A stretch of DNA of 63,967 bases, the filler included, from Reclinomonas americana ATCC 50394 (Eukaryota), in assembly GCA_048213135.1 (NCBI GenBank). It is 7 parts of 4 records of this genome, joined end to end, with 100 filler letters (N's around TTAATTAATTAA, not from the genome) between each part and the next. Parts side by side here need not be neighbours in the genome. Positions count along the whole stretch, not along the records: positions 56,618 to 60,934 come from PS015524.1; positions 61,035 to 63,967 come from PS015527.1; 5 more parts are not named here. The stretch is one strand, 5' to 3'. Position 1 is the stretch's first letter, and every line of letters begins with the position of its first letter. This document shows positions 57,016 to 63,967 of this stretch, in pieces. The notes under the pieces are model-generated. The model had not been told where the DNA came from. It saw only the letters and a program-made list of their open reading frames with translations, and did not search any database. The translations under genes were made by a program, and so were the position numbers.

Positions 57016-59557
57016 CGGTGCGGCAATGGTGACTGTGTTGGCGGCACGACCGATAGTCACTGCCGGTGTCGATGCGGCAGTGCCAATGGACACGCTCGTG
57101 GTGGCATCAATCTGCGTGTTGACGGCTGAGGTGACGACGAGCGCAGTTTGCGAGGAGCCGAGTGACAGCGTGCCCGAGACCGCCTGCGTGCCCGTGCCGG
57201 GCGACGGAGCAATGCGAATGTTGCCGGCGGGCGCGTTCGCGCCAGTGGGTGTGGGACGCGTGAGCACATAATCCGCTGCGTCTCCAATTCCAAACAGCAG
57301 CGTGTTGATCGGCGAGACCACTCGCGACGTCGCCGCAATGGTCAGATCACCGCCGTTGAGGGAGAGACCATTGTTGGCCGTCATGGCACCCACAAACGTG
57401 CTCGCCGGCGTCACCGTCACCGACACGGTGTTGGCGAGACCAATCTGAACCGTGCCGTGCGTGGGATTGCCGGCGCCGCCATTCAGCACCCTGAGCGCGC
57501 GCACACAAAAAGGTGAGAGAAAGGAAGCGGGTGCTGCAATACAAAGGGGGGGACGCNNNNNNNNNNNNNNNNNNNNNNNNNNNNNNNNNNNNNNNNNNNN
57601 NNNNNNNNNNNNNNNNNNNNNNNNNNNNNNNNNNNNNNNNNNNNNNNNNNNNNNNNNNNNNNNNNNNNNNNNNNNNNNNNNNNNNNNNNNNNNNNNNNNN
57701 NNNNNNNNNNNNNNNNNNNNNNNNNNNNNNNNNNNNNNNNNNNNNNNNNNNNNNNNNNNNNNNNNNNNNNNNNNNNNNNNNNNNNNNNNNNNNNNNNNNN
57801 NNNNNNNNNNNNNNNNNNNNNNNNNNNNNNNNNNNNNNNNNNNNNNNNNNNNNNNNNNNNNNGCCATGCCGGGCCTCAATGTGGTGCTCCGCGCCGGCAG
57901 TGGCACTGGCGGCACCGGTGGCACGGTGGCGGTGGGCGACACCGCCAACACTTCGGCCACCACCGTCACCTCGGCGACCACCACAGTCGTTGATTCGCTC
58001 GCCACTGTTAATGTGGGCCCAGTTGCCACGGCGGTGAATCTCGGCAAGGCCGGCGGCACTGTGGCGGCTCTTGGCACGGTGTGTATCTCTTATTCTTCTT
58101 GTATTTCATGCTTCATTGTCCTCACTCAAATTGTGCACGCAGTTGACGGTGGCCACTCGCGTGTCCACGCCGCTCATTGGCGATCTGGCCGGAGGCGGTC
58201 TGACTGTGGCGCCCTCCACCGACATTCTGCTTCTCGGCACCACCGCCAACGCATTCACAGTCACCCGACCGAGCTACTCGGGCGGCGGCACCGCGCCGGC
58301 TACCACGATTGCCGGTGCACCGTCGACCACCACTGGCGGCAACTTGTTNNNNNNNNNNNNNNNNNNNNNNNNNNNNNNNNNNNNNNNNNNNNNNNNNNNN
58401 NNNNNNNNNNNNNNNNNNNNNNNNNNNNNNNNNNNNNNNNNNNNNNNNNNNNNNNNNNNNNNNNNNNNNNNNNNNNNNNNNNNNNNNNNNNNNNNNNNNN
58501 NNNNNNNNNAGCAGCATCCGGTCGACGAATGACCAGGGTGGCGACGCTGGTCTGGCCGACCACCAAGTCGGTACCGCTGACGGCCACTGGCGCGGCATTA
58601 TTCAAGGTCAGCGATCCGTTCAGGGTGGTGTTGCCGGTGACCGAGAGACTGCCGGTGACCGCAAGAGCGCCGCCGACTGCCACGGGGACTGCCACGGCGC
58701 CGAGATCGACCTGTTGGGAGGAGAAGTGTGAGATACACACGAGGGAAGACATTGTGTGCACAAGACTCACTCCTGCAGTGGTGCCGCCACCAATGACCAC
58801 GCGACCGTTCGGCGTGCCAGCGCCGCCATCCAGAACGCTGCAAGGGGGTGCGACGTACATAAGCACACTAGAAGGCGCGCGCAGTACAGTACAAAATAAA
58901 CGCAACACATTGCCACCGGTGTGCGCGGTGCTACTCGACTGGCCAGTAATGGACAGCGCTGCGCCCGGCGAGCCGTCGTTGCGGGTCGGACGGGTGACGG
59001 TGAACGCATTCAGCGTGCCCAGCACCAGCGTGTCCGTGGCGGGAGTCAGCGTCAGGGCTTTGGAGCTCGGCGAGGAGATGGTGGTGACGGTGGTTGGGCC
59101 GTCCAACTGCGGGGAAGGGGAAGGGGGTGAGGGGGAAGGGGGGAAGGGGGAGAGAGGGGGAAAGAGGAAGAGGGGGAAAGAGGGGGAAAGAGGGGGAAAG
59201 AGGGGGAGAAGAGAGGAAAGAAGTCGAGAAGTGAGAAAGGGGAAAGACAGAGACAGAGAGAAGACAGGGACGAGAGAGGAAGGAAGGAAGGAGGGGGAAG
59301 GAAGGAGGGGGGAGGCGCAAAGGGGAAAGGGGGTAAGGTAGAACGAGAGAACAAGGAAAAAGGTACAGAGATATGAAGAGAGAAAGTAAGCCTTGTGAAG
59401 CTGCTCATACAGACGAGAGGGGATAAATCGATGGACGGAGGAAGCAAGGAGACAAAGACCACGGAGGAGACACAGAAGGAATGGAGAGAAGGCATAACGG
59501 TGGACAGAGAGGAAGAGGCAAAGGAGATGGAAGGAGATGAAGGACACAGGAGAGGGA

Positions 59558-59644
<87 letters not shown>

Positions 59645-59705
59645 GACGAACGAACGAACGAACGTACGACGTACGAACTAACGTANNNNNNNNNNNNNNN
59701 NNNNN

Positions 59706-59738
<33 letters not shown>

Positions 59739-60605
59739 ACAAGTAGAGAGGAGCGCGAAAGCAAGTGGATTCCGCCGTCTCCGGCTCTTCTCCTTTTCTA
59801 TCTCCCGTACGCAACAAGTGGCATTGCCGCCGGCACCAGCACGCACTCGGACCTCACCACCAGGGCTACCAGCGCCAGCAGCCAGCAGCACGGCACCACC
59901 AGTTCCCGTTGATCCCTGCACGCATACATCTCCCCGTCAGCTACATGCTGGCTCCACAGCAAAAACGACTATCCCGCCCTCCAAAAACACAACTGCGTCC
60001 TGTCCACGAATGCTGGTCAGTCCACCATCGGCCGATGCCGCAATACGAGTCAATTGAATCTCGTCGGTAATGGTGGAGTCGCCGAGCATGATCTTGCGCG
60101 AGATGACGCCGACGGCCGTGTCGTTCGATGACGCGTCAAAGAGACGGCGACGTGCAGACGCGGTGGTAATGGGCTCAAATGTCAACACGGGGATGTTGTC
60201 GCGCGTGATGGATAATGTTGTTGGCGTGCTGGAGGTAATGGTGAATCCAGTGCCACTTGTCGACGCTGAACCGGCAGGCTGGAAATTGAGAACGGCCGTC
60301 GATTGGGACTGAATAGACATGCTGTTGGTGGCGGTGACTTGTGGCGCTGTTACAGAGGTGGTGGCGGAGACCGAGGCAGCACTCGTGTTGCCTGAAAAAA
60401 ATGGTGTGAGCAAACGAGTCCATGAAAAATACGCGTCACAGCACCACAATTTGCCCGCACCGGTAATGGTCAAGGTCGTCAGCGACGAGCTGCCGCGGAA
60501 GACAATGGGCGACAGCTTGAACACCATGCCGGCCACCAGCCAAAACACCACCACGTGGAATGCGACGAGAACAATCAGAGCCACTTTCTGCTGTTGTGGC
60601 GTCAT
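57016..60605 (-). CDS. Membrane-anchored Gly/Thr/Val-rich beta-repeat (fibre/adhesin-like) protein, multi-exon, 3' incomplete; segment 57862-58348 shown inverted
   Basis: MTPQQQKVALIVLVAFHVVVFWLVAGMVF (hydrophobic anchor), ARRRLF site, then repeats LT..P.TD.L.LGT..AFTVTRP...G...GGN(V/L)VL(D/N)GGAG...G.V.IG. Confidence 0.65.
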
Positions 60606-61034
60606 GTTGCATGTGCGGCGTTGTGCGAGTGAGTTGTTGGCCACGCGCTTCTGTAGACCGGTGACGGCCGCCGGCGGGGGCGATTGAGGCGCCAGCGAGG
60701 ATATAGGTTCGCTGGGGCCAGGTGGTAGGGGGAGGGGTGGCACGGGCGAGAAGGTGCCACCGCGGCGGGCGGCAATGTCGCGGGGGGAGGGTCCTGCATA
60801 GAAGGGAAGGGTGGGTGAGATGCGGCGGAAGAGGGGGAAGGGGGGAGGGAAAGGGGGGAAGGCGAAAGGGGGGAAGGGAAAGGGGGAAGGGAAAGGGGGA
60901 GGGAAAGGGGGAAGGGAAAGGGGGAAGGGAAGGGNNNNNNNNNNNNNNNNNNNNNNNNNNNNNNNNNNNNNNNNNNNNTTAATTAATTAANNNNNNNNNN
61001 NNNNNNNNNNNNNNNNNNNNNNNNNNNNNNNNNN

Positions 61035-61207
61035 AAGAGCTCTTCTTTTGCTATGTGTAATTGTGATCGTTTATGTTCCGATAAACCTGACTTCCTGACT
61101 TGTTTATTGCAACATTCACATAACACTCTTTCACCTTGCTTTAACTTTAGTTTTTCTTTATTATTGATCCAGTATTGTTTATTATACTCTTGATTAGTTT
61201 TTGACAT
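61035..61207 (-). CDS. Small C2H2-like zinc finger protein (3' end in gap)
   Basis: YNKQYWINNKEKLK..VLCECCNKQVRKSGLSEHKRSQLH, a pattern I associate with large-DNA-virus and PLV small proteins. Confidence 0.7.
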
Positions 61208-61218
61208 TTATTTTATAC

Positions 61219-61286
61219 TATATAGTCGTGACAATTCTTTAAATGGTTTTTAATGAAAAGGGATTTAAAGGATTGACACGTATATA
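61219..61286. promoter_or_regulatory. Inverted-repeat bidirectional promoter candidate
   Basis: 61227-61244 cgtgacaattctttaaat and 61263-61280 atttaaaggattgacacg are 16/18 inverted matches; each is followed outward by TATATA and the ATG of a divergent ORF. Confidence 0.6.
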
Positions 61287-61300
61287 ACCTATCAAGCAAA

Positions 61301-61612
61301 ATGGAATCAACTAAAAAGACTTTAACCAAACGATTACAATGTGTCAATGAAATCACAAAAGCATTTGAGGGTAACAAGAAGAACACTGTTTGTGCAAAGT
61401 GTAATGAATCATTACGAAGAATAGAAAATGATTGGAAATACAGACACTTACATAAGAAATGTTATCTTGAATTAAGAAGAGAATTAGATTGTTTAGAAAA
61501 TGTAATGAAATATGACATAGCAAGAATGTTAGACATGAAATGTCATATCGAAATAGCAGAAGATATAATCGATGATGTCAAATATCTATTGGATTATAGA
61601 AACCATGTTTAA
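61301..61612 (+). CDS. Hypothetical protein with CxxC...HKKC putative Zn-binding motif
   Basis: 103-aa ORF containing CAKCNESLRRIENDWKYRHLHKKC; TATATA upstream. Confidence 0.7.
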   Translation: MESTKKTLTKRLQCVNEITKAFEGNKKNTVCAKCNESLRRIENDWKYRHLHKKCYLELRRELDCLENVMKYDIARMLDMKCHIEIAEDIIDDVKYLLDYRNHV

Positions 61613-61650
61613 TTAATCATATTATTATGTCGGTTTAGGATATAATAATA

Positions 61651-61854
61651 ATGTTCTTTTGTAAATTTTGTAAAGAAAAGATTAAATATCCTCTTGATCA
61701 ATATATTTGTTGCTTACATGATAAATGTACAATGCGAATAGTGACACGAGTATATGCTATGCAAAGTATTAAAACATTGGAAATTTTAACAGTCTTAGAT
61801 GATGAAACCTATAATACAATCATTAATGAATTGATGTCTTATAGTGCAAAATAA
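61651..61854 (+). CDS. Hypothetical protein with CxxC...HxxC motif
   Basis: 67-aa ORF CKFCKEKIKYPLDQYICCLHDKC; tataataata directly before the ATG. Confidence 0.55.
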   Translation: MFFCKFCKEKIKYPLDQYICCLHDKCTMRIVTRVYAMQSIKTLEILTVLDDETYNTIINELMSYSAK

Positions 61855-61949
61855 TGATGATCATGTATGTTGATTATACTTAAATGATCGAGAACTGGGA
61901 AATTCAAAATATATGTGGCTTTGATATTCCAACCACAAGATATATAATG

Positions 61950-62111
61950 CTACTTCTTTTTAAGTGGTTTCTTTAAATGTAAATAATCTTTTATACTTGA
62001 TAGTTTCATATTCTTTGCAACCTGTTTTACTATCTTATTACCGATACCATTTTTCTTTGCATTTAAAACAGCTCTAAAGAACTTCATTTGTTTAATAGAT
62101 TTAGATGGCAT
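61950..62111 (-). CDS. 53-aa basic protein (below ORF-track cutoff)
   Basis: Manual translation MPSKSIKQMKFFRAVLNAKKNGIGNKIVKQVAKNMKLSSIKDYLHLKKPLKKK*; ttatataat immediately before the ATG. Confidence 0.65.
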   Translation of the reverse strand: MPSKSIKQMKFFRAVLNAKKNGIGNKIVKQVAKNMKLSSIKDYLHLKKPLKKK

Positions 62112-62133
62112 ATTATATAATTTGCTTATATAT

Positions 62134-63186
62134 TTATTTTCTAAATCCTTGACTTCTTAATGCATCGGCAACCTTGGCAATGGAAGTGTTTTTACCAATT
62201 GCTGATCTAAAACGTTGTTCTGCTGTTGGTGCTGGTTTATACTGTTTTGACTTATTCTTTACTGGTATGATTATACCCATTTGGATTGCTTGGGCTATGA
62301 TTTGTGTGTTTTCTGCTTCTCTTATAGCGTCCTCTTTTTCTATTTCCTTTCGCGCTATCTGTCTTTGCAATATCATTCTTGTGTCATATGCCTGTCGTTC
62401 TTCATCGGTTTCAGGAATAGGTGATCCTATTACTGGTGATACTGTTGGTGATCTATTCGATGGTACATTTGACATACCCGTCACCGCGCTTGCAATTCTT
62501 TGTGTCGTTAACGGAGATCGTGATGTAGGTGGAATTGGTGTCAATGGTCTTGATGGTTGTTGTGGTTGTGGTAATGCTAATGTTGAACTAGACACAGTTG
62601 GTTGTGGTGGTCTAAATGATGGTCTTGGTATTTGTGACGGTATAGTAGTTGTTGTTGTAGTTACTGGAGATACTTGAGAAGTGTATATTGCTGGTACAGG
62701 TGATGGTGGTAATGGGGGAAGAGGAGATCTCAATCTTTGTTGTTGTTGCATAAGTATTTCTCTATCTCTCTCAGCTTGTTGTTTTTCTAACATTGCTAAT
62801 TGTTGATCAGATATAAGTTGTCTTAAATTAGCATTAATCTCCTGCAATCCAAGATCTGCCATTGTAGCGTTTTTTGCCTGTGTATTTAATTTACCCTCTA
62901 CTAATTTCATAATATCAGCACCGACATATTCTTCTTTTAACAATCCAGATGCAAGTTGATCTTTGTAGTATTTCTTTAATGCTTTCTCATTTTGCTGTTT
63001 GATTTTAAGATCATTTATCTCTGACAAAGCCTTGGCCCGAGATGCTCTGTTTTGTAATGTTATGTTACGCAAATAAGTTGGTGAAGGGATATCATCAGCT
63101 TTAGACTTCTTTGGTTTTGATCTAACCACTTTAGGTTTAGCTGATTTAGGTTTTTTCATTTTTGTTTTCTTGGCACTTTTTGGCAT
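62134..63186 (-). CDS. Hypothetical protein: Lys-rich N-terminus, coiled coil, Pro/Thr/Ser-rich middle
   Basis: 350-aa uninterrupted ORF in AT-rich DNA; ttatataactc before the ATG. Confidence 0.85.
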   Translation of the reverse strand: MPKSAKKTKMKKPKSAKPKVVRSKPKKSKADDIPSPTYLRNITLQNRASRAKALSEINDLKIKQQNEKALKKYYKDQLASGLLKEEYVGADIMKLVEGKLNTQAKNATMADLGLQEINANLRQLISDQQLAMLEKQQAERDREILMQQQQRLRSPLPPLPPSPVPAIYTSQVSPVTTTTTTIPSQIPRPSFRPPQPTVSSSTLALPQPQQPSRPLTPIPPTSRSPLTTQRIASAVTGMSNVPSNRSPTVSPVIGSPIPETDEERQAYDTRMILQRQIARKEIEKEDAIREAENTQIIAQAIQMGIIIPVKNKSKQYKPAPTAEQRFRSAIGKNTSIAKVADALRSQGFRK

Positions 63187-63212
63187 GAGTTATATAACAT
63201 GACAAAAGAAAA

Positions 63213-63722
63213 TTAAAAGTATATTCCATATAATGATCGTCTTTCTGGTTGTGGTGCTGATTGCGATGTAGGAATATTAATTGGTTGGGTAACTGGTTGT
63301 TGTTGAATAACTGGTTGTTGTTGAATAACTGGTTGTTGTGGCATCAGTTTAGACATCATTTCACGCATGTATGTCAAGTCTTTTTGTACTTCTTCAAATT
63401 GTTTTTCTTTCTTGGATTCCTTTTCAACTTTAACAGGTCGCTTTATATGTATTTCATCATCTTTTACTATATCCTTATTTTGTATTTCATTCAATCTAGA
63501 TGTTAGTTGTGTGATTTGTGATTTCAATTCTTCTGTTGTGGTTTCTGCTTTTGATTTCTTATCTTCTAATGATTTCTTGCGTGCTTCTTTCATCTTTTCA
63601 ACTGCTTTCTTTCGCGCATCTGTCATTACATATTTTCTTTTTGGTTTCGCATATGCCGTGAAATTTTCAGAGTTTTCAACCTTAACAGTATCGGTAGTAT
63701 TGCTAGTAGCCATATCGCTCAT
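63213..63722 (-). CDS. Hypothetical basic coiled-coil protein
   Basis: 169-aa ORF with KPKRKYVMTDARKKAVEKMKEARKK and an 18-nt tandem repeat encoding QQPVIQ; tatatag upstream. Confidence 0.8.
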   Translation of the reverse strand: MSDMATSNTTDTVKVENSENFTAYAKPKRKYVMTDARKKAVEKMKEARKKSLEDKKSKAETTTEELKSQITQLTSRLNEIQNKDIVKDDEIHIKRPVKVEKESKKEKQFEEVQKDLTYMREMMSKLMPQQPVIQQQPVIQQQPVTQPINIPTSQSAPQPERRSLYGIYF

Positions 63723-63753
63723 TTCGCTAACTATATATTAAGACTTGAAAAAT

Positions 63754-63966
63754 TTAAATGAACTCAATTAACATGGTCCAATCGTGTTCATTTAAATCAA
63801 TTAGTCTATTATACTTGTCTGTTAATCTAACGTGCATTGTGGAGAAAGATGATGTCTTTATTTGCATTGGTCTGAGATACTCATAATCTATGTTTTCATA
63901 TGCAGTCACTTTAATTGGGACCACTGCAACAATATCTGTAAACTGATCAAGTCTATCAGAGTATAC
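63754..63966 (-). CDS. C-terminus of a putative minor capsid (penton, single jelly-roll) protein; 5' beyond window
   Basis: Manual translation VYSDRLDQFTDIVAVVPIKVTAYENIDYEYLRPMQIKTSSFSTMHVRLTDKYNRLIDLNEHDWTMLIEFI*, matching the recalled penton C-terminal pattern I(L/V)AxxP...IxY...xLTDxxxxxIDLNxxDW. Confidence 0.65.
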   Translation of the reverse strand, partial: VYSDRLDQFTDIVAVVPIKVTAYENIDYEYLRPMQIKTSSFSTMHVRLTDKYNRLIDLNEHDWTMLIEFI

Positions 63967-63967
63967 A

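Larger units (their letters stand above)
61035..63967. mobile_element. AT-rich intronless segment: putative Polinton-like virus / virophage-like element (partial)
   Basis: Abrupt shift to AT-rich composition, no introns or CT tracts, tightly packed ORFs, Zn-finger small ORFs, penton-like ORF at the window end. Confidence 0.7.

Noticed and set aside
62174..62677. Plus-strand ORFs 62174-62677, 63261-63506 and 63367-63741
   Set aside because: Antisense shadows of the longer minus-strand ORFs.
61035..63967. Organellar DNA or bacterial contamination
   Set aside because: No organellar or bacterial housekeeping genes, no obvious Shine-Dalgarno sites, and ORFs are preceded by TATATA motifs. A viral origin fits better, although contamination by a free virus is not excluded.

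Overview
Draft scaffold of a compact, GC-rich, intron-rich microbial eukaryote, with short GT-AG introns, CT/GT microsatellites, many N gaps and six artificial N44-TTAATTAATTAA-N44 linkers. Recognisable host genes: SGF29, a threonine synthase fused in frame to a C-terminal shikimate-kinase-family P-loop domain, DGAT1, phospholipase D, an ankyrin-like/F-box/LRR protein, SEC11, glutamate dehydrogenase, MER3/HFM1 helicase, SMU1 and a TTLL5-like tubulin glutamylase. Three intron-containing loci look virus- or phage-derived: a stand-alone NCLDV-type AEP primase-polymerase domain (41.8-43.3 kb), a five-copy tandem array of an unknown gene family (16.8-25.7 kb), and a membrane-anchored Gly/Thr/Val beta-repeat fibre-like gene (57.0-60.6 kb). 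The last 2.9 kb is AT-rich, intronless and densely packed. It carries small Zn-finger ORFs, shared TATATA upstream motifs and the C-terminus of a penton/minor-capsid-like protein, suggesting a Polinton-like virus or virophage-like element; it is joined only through an artificial linker. Many introns use an unusual GTTGCG donor. All family assignments come from motif recognition by eye, not database searches, and exon boundaries were inferred manually.
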